From positions 11,160,001-11,224,000 of the forward strand of contig NC_047080.1 of NCBI RefSeq assembly GCF_902459465.1: DNA of 64,000 nucleotides, written 5' to 3'. The stretch comes from Asterias rubens. Lineage: Eukaryota. A program made the translations under genes and the position numbers. Positions 49,599 to 62,399 of the stretch are shown here, one piece after another. Every line of letters starts with the position of its first letter. Positions within the stretch are counted from its first letter, which is position 1. Below the pieces are notes generated by a model. It did not search any database, had not been told where the DNA came from, and saw only the letters and a list, made by a program, of their open reading frames with translations.

Positions 49599-49762
49599 GA
49601 CCGAGATGACTTGGGACCGAGATGACTTGGGACCGAGATGACTTGGGACCGAGATGACTTGGGACCGAGTTGACTTGGGACCGAGTTGACTTGGGACCGA
49701 GTTGACTTGGGACCGAGTTGACTTGGGACCGAGTTGACTTGGGACCGAGTTGACCGGTACCC
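49599..49762 (+). repeat. 16-bp minisatellite (gggaccgag[a/t]tgactt) x ~10 just upstream of AK8
   Basis: Four gatgac units followed by six gttgac units, ending tgaccggtaccc; no spacers. Confidence 0.95.
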
Positions 49763-50671
49763 AAAAATACTGACTGTTGTCCTTCCCTTCCGGTCGAGAG
49801 AAACGAACGCTATTCAAATACAAGAAACAATATACTTACAGGGTCAATCTTCCTTGGTAAAACTTTGCGCAGGGTGATGAAGTAAAGCAAAAAAAACTCT
49901 TCAAAAACCAAACTCTATTTAGTAATTTTACACTAAACAGAATGAATGGTGGTGGGAACCACTCGTGGGGCGGGGCCTATGGGGGGTATGGGTGTAAATC
50001 TGCTGATGGATAATTTTGGGTAGTGGGGAAAAATACCCCAAAACTTATAAAACTTTTTTTTACGAGAGACAAAAAACACCACAATGCTACACAGGGCACA
50101 TGTGGAAGAACTGGGTAAATCCATGTTCGCCTGGCTGGTTTCACCTAGGTCAGTTAAAATGTTTGCAACCAAAAAACTACCCATAGCCACCCAATATCCC
50201 CATCACCCTTCAACCAAGACCCTCCCTAAAAAACTACACACTATACCACTAGTTGCAGCACCATGCTCTTTGTGTCTTTTAATATTTGACTGTTTATAAA
50301 AACTTTAAATGTGTGTTTTAATTTTGGTCAATTTGGCCTGTGAACATTTGAAATAATAACTTTTTATCTAAATGTTTTCTTTTGTATAGATTTGAGAAGG
50401 TTAATTGAAGGCATTGAATGGAAAAATCCAACAAAGATCAATGAAAAATTTACAATTTTTCGGACCCGCATCAATGTTTGTTTCATTTGCCATATTAATG
50501 AAGCATTTATTAAAATAAATTAATACGGCGGGCTAAATATCCTTTCTTGTGCATTTTCCATGGGATGTGTTACTGTTAATGTACTTTGTATTGAAACAGC
50601 ATAAGAGCTGCCACAATTCATTATACAAGACAAAATCAGGCAATCCAAATTTTATCAAGGCTGTACAGTAA

Positions 50672-50808
50672 CCTTTGCGAAACTACGGTTCAAGATTGGG
50701 CTCCGGCCTTGGGCTCTGTTGGCTTTTGGTACTGAAAGCCTTGAAAGCAGGCGCCAGGTAGACGGAGCCTAAGCTGGAGCCCTAAATGTAACCGTAGTTT
50801 TGAAAAGG
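50672..50808. mobile_element. Small TIR element in the AK8/EDF1 divergent intergenic region
   Basis: cctttgcgaaactacggtt / aaccgtagttttgaaaagg (16/19 complementary). Confidence 0.5.
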
Positions 50809-51093
50809 GCTCTGGGCACGTGTAATCGATTTAGAGGAGCTGCGGACTCAGACTAGTCAGCAATTTTGGTCGGATACCCGCCGCAGCGCACTGCTTGACA
50901 AGGGGGTTAAGCATAAGGAGAACACTGGCAAATTCGTGTACCAGACAACTCTACTGAAACTGCCCCAAAATTAATCACAACATTGCTGGCAAGTTTGCAA
51001 TCTTTACACAAATTGAGTCAGTGAACACCCGCCGTATTTTTTATTTTCTTGAGGAAGTTTGAAGGGGGAAGATTGCAAATAAATCTTTTGAAA

Positions 51094-54000
51094 ATGGCCG
51101 AGGCAGATTGGGATGAAGTTACATATTTGAGGAAGAAGCAACAAACAGCGAAACAAGCCAGGTCAAATAAGGTATTGTTGTCTTTTTGTTGAGGGGAAAT
51201 TTTCAATTTAAATTGTGATACTGTTACAATAAAGTGTTAGTTACATAGTGTTATAAATAATAATACAATAACAATCAACTACGTATTTATTAGTACGGAA
51301 ATACAGTATTTATTTTGTATTATTTTTGCAAAGTAACACGATAGTGTTTTACCAAATGAATTTATGATTTTATGGAATTATGGTTATGTGAAATGAATAA
51401 TATATTATTATTATTAATAATATTAATATTAATTAAAACAAGAACATTGACAATAATATTAATAGTAATTAATAGTTAGTAATAATACTAAATTAGTATA
51501 TAGTAATAATTTTGTAGCAACAGTTAATTATTAATATTATTAAGGTATTAAAATTCATTTAATTCAAATCAAATTGGCAAAATATTAATATGTGTCAATG
51601 TCAATATTGTGGACTGATTGTTTAAAATTAAACTCATTTACTTACTAAACTTGGTTGTAATTTATATTATCATGATTATAAATAAACCAGATTTATTATA
51701 TTAGTTTTTACATTATGTTTATAAAACATTGAAGTCGTAAATTTTAACAAACTGTCCACTCCATGTAGCTCTTTATCTTATCATGATTTATGTGATTATC
51801 TTTTTTACTTACATAGGCTGTTAATAGTGCATTAAGAAAAGGAGAAACTGTGGAAACAAGAACGAAATGTAAGTACATCATCTGTCAACCACTTCTCCTA
51901 GAACTATATGAAGTTTGTTCCGCTATCGATACGACCCTAACCCTAACGCTAAACCTTGAATAAAATAATTGTAGCCTACACCTTGAAGTGGCCTTCAGGC
52001 CTAGTGTGTCTGGCGACTTGCATAAAAAAAACAATAACAAAAACTACTCTCTTAAGATTGATTTTGTTCCTAGAAGTTTTGTTTGATAATGATGATACCG
52101 GTACTACCGTTACACTATTAATGTTTAAATAGCAACAAAATATGTAGTTGCGATAACGTACCCTCCTGCCGACGGCGCAGCCGAAAGGGTTACGAAGCAA
52201 ATGCAATGTGTGCACGGCGAAATGGTTAAAAACGTACAATTTAGACAGCTAGTCAGCAGATTTGCTCAATTTTTACCACTTTTGAAAATCATGACACAAA
52301 TTCTAGAAACACGAACTTGATCCTCAATGTCTAATGAATCCTACAATATCACTCAAAACACCATTGAGGAAATAATTTGAAGAAAAGGCACAAAAACTTA
52401 CCAGATTCCCGAGCGAAAGACCCAGGTTGAAAATTCAAACCTGACGGGGGCGAAGCTTCGGCTGAAGTGCCAAGTGAGTATGACATTTTGTTAACTGAGT
52501 CAAATATTTCTTTTAACAGTCAGTGCAGCTTCAAATAAGCAACACTCCGGAGACAAGAGCACCGTGAAACTAGACCAGGAGACTGAGGAACTGCATCGTA
52601 AGTCTGACAGAATGAAGAATTCTTCCTCTTCTTGAGGCTTGATTTTATACAGTGTTGAAGCCACCCTGGGCAGTGCTGGGCCGACCAGCCTATCTGGGAC
52701 TACAAATTCTCATTCAGCACTCTAAACAAAATACAATTTCCCGCCCAGCACAGATTTCTAGTAGAATAAATCAAAATATAGTTCACTGTGTATGACCTGA
52801 GCCACAGCTAATGATAAAAAGACATCAAATTTCACAAGATAATAAGAAGGGGTATTTTTTTAGAGTTTATAAACAAACTCCCATGTCTATCTTTAAAATA
52901 TACACTCTGTCCAGATTTAAATATTTTGTCTTTTTTTTAATGCAGATGAAACAGTTTCCTTACAGCTCGGGCAATTGATCCAGAAAGGTCGAGTCCAGAA
53001 GGAATTAACTCAAAAGGAATTGGCAACAGTAAGTATTTCTTATGTCAGGCAAAACAATAAAATAAAACAATTTCTCTCTGTCCACTTTCTTTTTCATCAC
53101 CGTCACCTCAAGATTTGGCTTTGTTTTAACCGCATGACGTATGTAACAGTTGAGAAGGTAGTGCATTCTGCTCTACCAGCCAGGCTCATAGTGGATGCCC
53201 ATGGCTAAATCCTTACAGACTGCGAAGGCGGTAACCCTGTCTCAGCCCCAGGTCGGAGAAGGTGGCAACATACCCTTGGTGACAGCAAAGTGAAGCCCTC
53301 ACCTTGAAGCGGCCTTTCTTGGCCTTGTGATGTTTGAGTCATGGGAGCGAGGCTTATTTTGAAAGTATGTTGGACTTACCAACCGGATTCCCTTAAGTGA
53401 TCTGTGGCTCAACTTAAAAGTATATTGCTTTTTTTTTTTTTTTTTTAAGGCAGTGGACACTATTGGTAGTTACTAAAAAATATTTATTAGCATAAAACCT
53501 TTCTTGGTGACGAGTAATGGGGAGAGGTTGTTGGTATAAAACATTGTGAGAAACGGCTCCCTGTGAAGTGCCATAGTATTTGAGGAAGAAGTAATTTTCC
53601 AGGAATTTGATTTCGAGACCTCAGGTTTAGAACTTGAGGTCTCGAAATCAACCATCTAAATGCACACAACTCTGTGTGACAAGGGTGTTTTTTCTGTCAT
53701 TATTATTTCGCAAGTTCGACGACCGATTGAGCTCAAATTTTCACAGGTTTGTTATTTGATGCATATGTTGAGATACACCAACTGTGAAGGCTAGTCTTTG
53801 ACAATTACCAATAGTGTCCACTGTCTTTAAGCATCAAATGATCTTTTTTTACAGAGGATTAACGAGAAACCACAGGTTATCAATGACTACGAGGCCGGAC
53901 GAGCAATCCCTAATCAGCAGATCATCTCTAAGATTGAGCGGATTATCGGTGAGTTCAGTTCTAACAATAAATCTCTGATTTTTATTGATGACAAACATCT

Positions 54001-54921
54001 CCTCCATTAACAGTTCCCCTTTTTGAATGTATCGATTATAAATGTTGACGTTGTGTTTCGCCAATGCCAGTTTGCTATGCTCAGATAATGTGGTGACCTG
54101 TAGGTGGGCAGCATGCTTACTAAGGTTACCAACCAAAGTACCATGTCACATGTGCAATTTGTGACTGGAATCCTGCTGATTTTTGCTTAGCAGCAAGTTG
54201 TTAAGCAATATTTGCTGCTTAAGCAGCTCTATGAAACTGGTCCATATTTTGGGGCTATATTTTCTGTATTTATTTGGTTTGGGGTATTATTTTCTGCTCA
54301 AGCAGTGTTGTGACCTAGCAGATAAGAACACCAGACTCCATGCAGTTATCGTAAAGAGACGGGGTTTGCCCTTGTGTTCCTGATTTGATCAGCAGCATAT
54401 TAAAACACAGCACCTTGTAAACCATGGTGCTTTGGTAAAGAAATAGGTCTCATACTCCAAACTCCAAAAACGTTGCTCTGTATACCTTGCAGAAACCAAT
54501 ACTGAGCGCTGTGATAAAGCTCTTGGGGTGTGATTAAGCGCTAAGAAATCAGTATTATTATCAAAGTTCGAAATGCCTCTGATATAAAGGGCCTTCTCAG
54601 CCGGTGTGGCAGGAGATTCTGTCCACCCATATGGCAAACTATGTACAAACTACTTCAGATAGCGCCCTCTTTTGAATCATTCTCCTCCAGCCCAAGTTAA
54701 TTTCCCATATGGAAGACAGAATCTCCGCCGGACGGAATTCCTTGGGACACTGGCACACGGATAATGATTGAGTTCACAACTCTCCCAGTTCTATTTCATT
54801 GTAAAAACAAAATCCTCAGATTTTCTGTCATTTTGATTTTGTTGTCCCTTTTTCTTTCTGAACAGGAATGAAGTTAAGAGGCAAAGACAAGGGAAAGCCG
54901 CTTGGGGGTAGTAAGAAGTAA
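51094..54921 (+). CDS. EDF1: Endothelial differentiation-related factor 1 / multiprotein bridging factor 1, 146 aa, 6 exons
   Basis: Exons 51094-51171, 51817-51868, 52520-52597, 52946-53028, 53855-53948, 54866-54921 (441 nt). [81 protein letters not shown] is a canonical MBF1 helix-turn-helix protein. Confidence 0.98.
53448..53826. mobile_element. TTAA MITE family A copy (EDF1 intron 4)
   Basis: ttaaggcagtggacac ... gtgtccactgtct|ttaa. Confidence 0.85.
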
Positions 54922-56632
54922 TGGCGCCTACCCTCAATGGAAGTCTCATCGCCATTGCGTACCCCGATGCACACAGAAACACTATTATTGTCCATCGGGG
55001 AAAATTTTTTTCATCATGCATGTTTCTTTTTACAAAGATTTCTCGTGGATCTCTGGACAACTTGAAGTTACCAAGGACAAAAGGAAAACTCAAGATAACT
55101 GAATTGTCTTTGTTATTTTCAGCTGCGAGTTTACAAAACGTGTTTCTCTTTTGCAATTGATCATGTTCTAGTTTGTGTTACTGTTGATGTTCCTTTGGGC
55201 CCAACTTTACAGAGCTGCTTAAGCAGAAAAGGTTTGCTTAGCAGATTCCTACTGAGAATAGATAAGCAGGGAAGCATTGAGTAATTAAATTGGGCTTGTG
55301 ACTTATTGGCTTTAATCAATTATCAAGAAGAAACACAGACTAAATGTGAAGAATGATCACAGCTCATAAATCTTGAAATTCCCTGCCTGAACCCCTTCCA
55401 AAAAGTGCCAGAGATTTTGTCAAGAAGAAGGCACTTGTGTAAAGAAAAGAAGTTTGACACATTTTTTTAAAGAATTTAATTGTGGTTAGAAATCATCAGA
55501 GAAACCATTTTGAGTAGTTCTAACTTTTGCTGAATATTTCTTGGAACATCATTCAAAATAGATGAACAGTTGTTTAATAGATCAGCTTTGACAGGCTCAA
55601 AGTTCATAAAGCTGCTTAGCTGAGAATAGTGCTTGGGAAAATATGTCAGTCACAAACAGGATACTTAATGTGGGATTTTGGCTAGTACCTTTATATGGAA
55701 CCTATTCTTCAGAGGATTGACCAAAAACAAGCTTTAAAGAATCAAGTTTTTTCTTCTCTTTTTTTTGTTGAAAGCAGATATCACAAAAATGTGATTCACA
55801 ATGACTTGTAAGCAATAGTTTCTTCATGTTTTAAATAAAGCTTATCTTCAGCAATTAATTTTTTTATTGAGGAATTTTTATCTGCTGGGTTTGAAAAAAC
55901 ACAAACAAACAAAAAGTAGTTGAGTAGGATTTGAAACTTTGCACTGCTACAAAAAGTAGTTGATGCAAGCTGCTCGCCAACCAAAATTACCTGTGGCGTT
56001 TATATATGCAAACATTGGTAATGGCATCAAGGTTTGACACGAGTAGAGTTTCCCTCGAACACTTCGAGAATGACTCTGCGAGGGTCCAACAGGCTATTAC
56101 ATTATATGCTACATTTTTAACTTTGCTTGTAGGCCGATGTTATTTTTTTGAAAACCATAATTTGTTCATCGCCGTATTATGCATCTAGCTTTTGCAAAAT
56201 GCTATTAAACATTCTACAGCATAAAGATTATTTGTTGTTATTTTTTTTCAGAGAGACAGACTAAAAATGAATTTCATGATATAATATTAAGAGATGTTCA
56301 GGACCCATTTTTTTGGATATGTTTAGAAATCTGAAGCAGAAAAATATTTGCTTAGCGAAGTGTTTCTCAGGTTTGCAAGGTTTTGTTGCTAGTGCTTATG
56401 CAATCAGCACGTCATTACTTTGCTTACACACAGAAAACAGCTTATGGTAAGCAGCAGATTAAGCAGAGCCATGAAATTGGACCCAATTGAAGAGGAGTAA
56501 AGAATGTTAAACTTTTTCTTTAAATAAAAGGCATGTGTACAAAATCATGACTGAAAGAAAAATATATTTGTTATATGTGAGGCTTTTTTATGACTAATCC
56601 TTAGAAATGCTGACTGACTTTTCTGCTTTTAA

Positions 56633-56996
56633 AAGTCAGTGGACACTATTGGTAATTACTCAAAATAATTATTGTCATAAAACCTTTCTTTACTACGAGC
56701 AATAGGGAGAGGTTGATGGTATAAAACATTGTGAGAAACGGCTCCCTCTGAAGTGACATAGTTTTTGAGAAACTTTCCACGAATTTAATTTTGAGACCTC
56801 AAGTTTAGAGGTCTCAAAATCAAGCATCTAAAAGCACACAACTTTGTGTGACCAGGGTGTTTTGTTCTCTCTTTAATATCTCACAACTACAACAACCGAT
56901 TCAGCTCAAATTTTCACAGGTTTGTTATTTTATGCATATGTTGAGATACACCAAGTGAGAAGACTGGTCTTTGACAATTACCAATAGTGTCCACTG
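56633..56996. mobile_element. TTAA MITE family A copy
   Basis: agtcagtggacactattggtaattactc ... ccaatagtgtccactg|ttaa. Confidence 0.85.
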
Positions 56997-57539
56997 TTAA
57001 TCAAACATGGAAGAAAAGGTTCACCCAGGCAGGATATTTGGTCCTAAACCCCCCCCCCCCCCCCCCCCCCCAGAAACATTTAAACGCTTGGAGCTCTATG
57101 GTTGAAAGTGGTCGATTGGTTCAAGATAGATTTTGGGGTCGGCCATTTTTATTTATAAAAAAAATCAAGTTTTACTGGTTCCAATTTCGAGGGTCAGCTA
57201 TAAACAACAGCAGTGGTTAAAAATTTATGAGAAGAAGTTATGGAATAAATTGAAGTTACCTCTGCATTATTTTCAATTTGATGGATTAAACAAAACATAA
57301 TGCCAGCAGGCATTTCAACATCCCCCTTCTCAAAGACGTCCCCGCCCACCCCCTCTGAATGTCCCACTTCATTCGGAGTGCAACAGAGGGCGGTATACAA
57401 AAACTGGTAGACTGGTCCCCTTTCTATCCAACATATGAGACTGGGAGTGTGACGTCGAGTATGTTCAGGCAAGAACGTGTGGCGATGGTGAAATTAGGAG
57501 ACGGAATTTGAAATAACTGCTGATGAGGCCGAGTAAAAA

Positions 57540-60500
57540 ATGACTCTGGTAAGTATCCCTTTTATTTTTAATATCCCTTTAATAAATTAATACTTTGAAT
57601 AGTTGCAACCTGTACTTTTGGAAAAGTTTCCGTATGGCGCCACCACTTTTTCATTCGATATAAAATAATTTAGGAACTTATTTACCTGATTGATATATCC
57701 CTTTTTGTAAAAATGAGTGAAAAAGTGGTGGCGCCATACGGAAAGTTATCCGTACTTTTTAGCACGAAATAATGCAGCAAAACTTAGGAAACGAACAAAT
57801 AAACTATTAATTTTGTTTACAGGTCATACAGCGTAATTCCCGTAAAATTGTTAAAAACGTGTCAAACATTATTTAAATCGAGTTGTTAAAAAATAAACAA
57901 GTTTCCCACGTGGACCATGCGTGGACCCTCCCACGAAGGTATAATTAACTTCACGTTGGTAATCACTCTTAAAATTAATGGCAACATCTTGTTCAACATG
58001 CCAACCAAAAACGTTTGGTTAGAAAATACAGTAGCAGCTTTCACTAGTAAAAAAAAAACAAAAAAAAACAACAGTTTGAGAAACATTTCACTTCAAATCA
58101 AACTTCAATTCAAGGTCATGAAAGTTCAATTGTTTTGTGGTTATAATTATTTTGCAGTACTGGAAAAACTGAAATAATGAAACTAAACAGGGATAACTTT
58201 CCGTATGGCGCCACCACTTTTTCACTCATTTTTACAAAAAGGGATATATCAATCAGGTAAATTAGATACTATATTATTTCATTTCGAATGAAAAAGTGGT
58301 GGCGCCATACGGAAACTTTTCCCTAAACAGATAACTAAGTTTTTATGCCCCAACCAAAGTTTGGATCTCAGGTGTGAGAAGCGTTTTGTAGAACTATAGA
58401 TGATGAGGTTTGTTCCGCTATCATCTCCATGTGAAGACGATAGCTGAACGAACTTCATAGATCTTGCAGTTAGTCTTGCAGGTTTTTCCTGAATCTTGGC
58501 AATTAGATATAGTATAGACGGAATTGTATCTCCTTGACCAAGGGAATGTTCTTTAAAATTAAATTTTCCCTTTAGTCTGAATAATTATACTAATAATAAT
58601 TATACTAATAATAATAATAACAAGATCTTTGTTTTGTACTCCAGGATCAAGTTGCAGACACTGTTAATCACACCAGAATGAAGAAGAAGAAGAAACTACT
58701 GCAGTCTGGTGGCCAGAAATTGTTTGAGCCGACAACTTCATCAACCGATGAGCAAAACAACTGTCAAGATCCGCCAACAAAGAAGAAAAAGCATATAAGT
58801 GAGAGGGTACAGACTGAGAATGAAGAAGTTAGAACATTTAACGGCATACAATTTCCTGGAAGCAGTGAGCAGTCAGACGGTCTATCAGAAATTCCCAAGA
58901 AGAAGAAAAAGAAGAAGAAAACCTTGAAGTCTTATGACCAGGAATCGATAACCATTGAGCCCAAAACTCCAACCGATGATCAACAAAGCTGTCAAGATCA
59001 GCCCAAGAAAAAGAAAAAGAGCAAGAGTGAGAGGGTTCAGACTGAGAATGAAGAAATTCCCAAGAAGAAGAAGAAGAAGGAGAAAGGGGTTGATGCATTG
59101 TGTGATATTGAAAGCAGTCTCAAGATTAACAGACAAGTTTGGAGAGGAGAAACTGTTTTGACTGAGATGCATGTGAATAAGAATCTTGAAAGTGCTCCCA
59201 CTACTTTAAGGAAGAGTAAAAAGCGGAAAAGGGCGACTTCTTGCAAGTCTGACGGGCAAGAATCTGTAACAATTGAGTCCGAAACAACAGCAGCTGATGA
59301 GAATGTGTCGACAGAGATTAAAGAACGGGATACGCTTCCCTCGAGTACAAAAAGACAACCTGGTAGTCATGAGAGAAGGAGGAAGAAAAAGCGGCAGAGT
59401 GGAAAGGACCAGGTTGAAGATGAAGAAGAAACTAGAGGAGACAGTGGCTTAATACTTCGCAAAAGGGGAGAGAAGGAGAGAGTTTTTTTCAATAAAAAGA
59501 AAAAAAAGACAAAGGAGGGAAGCAGGTTGCATGTGAAAGGTGGAGGAGATGCTCGAGGCAAGGTGCTTGAATGTGTTCCAGATGAAAATCCATCTGCAGC
59601 TGATAAGAAGAGGGTTAAAGGAAAGAGGAAACGGTCTGTCCAGTCTGATGGTCAGGAATCGGTAACCGGCAAGCCCCGTTCGTCAACAACTGATGAGAAT
59701 GCATCGGTTGAGAATTCAGAAATGGTGACAGATTCTGTGACTGATCAGAATCAGCAAATTAGTCAGAAGAGAAATCGAAGGAGACAACGAAGGAAGAAGA
59801 AGTTGATGAATAATAATGATCAAGTTGGAGAAGAATCCAGACGAGTCAGTAGTGAGAATTCGGAGGAGTTGACAGACATTCCGAAGAAGAAGAAAAAGAA
59901 GAAGACAGAAGATGGCAGACTTAACGATGCTGAGAAAGGTGCGGGGCTTGAGGAGAATGCACAAGCAGGGAGAGGAGAAAACGTTTTAACTATGCAATCT
60001 AATGAAGCAATTTCAAACGATGACAATCTTGAAATTGCATTTACTGTGTTGAAGAAGAAAAGAAAGAAGAAAAAACGGAAACAAATTGTTGAACCTACCA
60101 ATGAGGAATCTGTTGAGCCTCGTACTACTGATGAAGATGTTTTGGTTGAGGAGGCAGAAAGGTTGACGTTGCCCTTAAGTGAACAAAATGGGCGGAAGAA
60201 AAAGAAGAAAAGAGCAAATGGACAAATTGAGAAAGAAGAATTGAGACCGGTCAATGGTTCAATACTTCAAGCAAGTGATGAACATTTAGAGGGATTAACG
60301 GGCATCACCAAGAAGAAGAAGAAGACAAAAAAAAGTGTGGAGCTCAATGAAATTGCAAATGCAGGGAGAGGAGAAAGTGTTTTAACTGAGATGCAAATGA
60401 ACGAACCGGTTTCAAACGATGACAATCTTGAAGTGAAGAAGAGGAAAAGGAAGAAAAAGAGGAAACAATCTGTTGAATCTATCGATCAGGAATCCATAAA

Positions 60501-62399
60501 TGTTGAGCCCCAAACTACTGATGAAGACCTTTTGATTGAAGAAAATGGCCTGTTGAAAAAGAAGATTATACCAAGTGGACAAACTGAGGATGAAGGAGAA
60601 CTAAGTACAGTCAATGGCCTTTTGGGAGAAATAACAAAGAAAAAGAAGAAAAAGAAGAAAAAGGCGACACATGCAACTCGAGATAACTGGAAGCTCATCT
60701 CACAATCCGATGATAACTCCGTCTCGGAATATTCTCCAAACGAGGTCGGGCAAGACTCTGAGTCAGACGCAACAGATGGAGAAACCTCGGAAGATATAAC
60801 AAAAAAACAGAATAAGAAGAAGAAAAAGAAGAAAAAAATGGCGACACATGCAACTCAGGATAACTCTGATCAGCTCAACTTAAAAGACAACGATAACTCT
60901 GTCTCAGAATATTCCTGTAACGAAGCAAGTCAAGACTCCGAGTCAGAAGCAACAGATGGAGAATCCTCATCCTCTGACCTTTCCTCCGATTGCGACCGGG
61001 AAGATTTCCGAAAACTAGACATCTCATCTCTACCTTGGCTTGTGAAGAGCGAGAGAGGTTTTTTTAGGCAAGAAACCATTGAGGATTGTCCCGTGCTTCA
61101 TATGCGGAACCATTATTATAAGAAAGAGCGGGAAGCTTTACGTAAACAAGGTGGGTACATCTGCAGCTCAGGGTTTAATCTTTGAATCTGTCGAAAGGGC
61201 AAGGCCATTTTCATTTTGCAAAGGGCAGTTGCACTGGAAAATCTTAAAATCTACAGGGAATTTTTGAAGGGGCACCAATGTCAAAACCAGGGGCAAACAA
61301 AAGAAATAGTATACCGATTATCTCAGTGTGGATTATCTGTATGGTTTGCCTGTAACTTTTTAAAGTGACTAGCCATATACACTTATCATTTTTACAATAC
61401 ACAAGAAGCACAATGCGCTTTGAGCTATCACAATATTGTTGATTTTTTCCTCAATCGGTTTTGTTGAACTTATCCCTCTTCTTGTTTCTATTTCTCAAGG
61501 ACATACGGTCGTAGAAGGACGATGGAGTGGGCTTGAGGAAGCACGCATGAGAAAAAATCTTGAAAAGTTTTGCAAAGTAAGTTGAGAATATTCTTCAAAC
61601 GTTGCGTTTTTGAAAACTAAAACAAACCAGAAACTATATCTTTGGTTTTGTAACAATTTAATTGTTTTAATTGTGTTACAGTTTTTTAGTATTACTATTA
61701 TTAGTGTTATTGTTTTAGTGGCTTTAGCTTATCATTTGCAAAATAAATTATTGTGTTCCTCCCCTCTCGCCACTTCCGCTTTTTAGGCTTATGGGATAGA
61801 AAACCATTTAATTTTGCTGATTCCTTCGCGGTTTGGTCTGGTACAAGAGGTTAGAAGATTTTTGAAGTCTACAAAAATGCTGGTTAAACTTGGTACGTAA
61901 GTAAAGTTAATTGTCAAATAATAAACCACGGTCGTATGGCTTATGTCCAACTTGGGCAGCGTTCGCCATGTAAGTACATTGCTATGTCATTAATGTTTCT
62001 TTTTAGTGTGCTTACGATTAGCAGCACTCATGAAGTGGAAAATTGCGCAGTAGGCACAAAAACAGCTGTTAAGCGGCTCTATGAAATTGGGCCCAAGTGA
62101 ATTTCCCAGAGAATGCTGAGCTGCATTTTGGTTGACTACTACATTCACCCATGTCAACCCTGGAAAGTTCTCACCAAAGCTACCCCTTTTTTTGAGCACA
62201 GGTAGTTGTAATATTTTCTCTTTGATTACTTTATGTTATTTATTAATATATTTTATTACAGGAATGAACAAAAATTAAATCATAATTTTAAAAGGAAATA
62301 ATGTAATCTTCACCCCCTCCCAGCTGAAGGCATTCATCGGACATTGAATACTGTGTATATTCGAGCTTTCAAACTCTTTGACCCTTGGCACCTTGGACG
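57540..62399 (+). CDS. TTF1: Transcription termination factor 1-like Myb/Reb1-type protein, 5' part (continues beyond the window)
   Basis: Exons 57540-57548 (MTL|gtaagt, tentative), 58645-61150 (2506 nt), 61500-61576, 61787-61892, 62324-62399; phases 0/1/0/1/2 consistent. Downstream peptide EGRWSGLEEARMRKNLEKFCKAYGIE..KLAEGIHRTLNTVYIRAFKLFDPWHLGR aligns with TTF1 [46 protein letters not shown]. The long Lys/acidic N-terminus is also like TTF1. DMTF1/Reb1-type paralogy is not fully excluded. Confidence 0.85.
57620..57751. mobile_element. MITE family M copy (TTF1 intron 1)
   Basis: 8-bp TSD gtactttt (57612-57619 and 57752-57759). Confidence 0.88.
58191..58322. mobile_element. MITE family M copy (TTF1 intron 1)
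   Basis: 8-bp TSD ctaaacag (58183-58190 and 58323-58330). Confidence 0.88.

Noticed and set aside
49599-49762. CRISPR-like array, and the 103-aa repeat ORF 49512-49823
   Set aside because: The units are head-to-tail with no unique spacers, there are no cas genes and the context is eukaryotic. The ORF is simply the translated minisatellite.
57515-57540. CTGATGAGGCC hammerhead-like core near the TTF1 start
   Set aside because: There is no closing stem II, no GAAA and no stem I.
58838-60698. Multiple minus-strand Phe/Ser/Leu-rich ORFs
   Set aside because: They are antisense shadows of the A-rich TTF1 exon.
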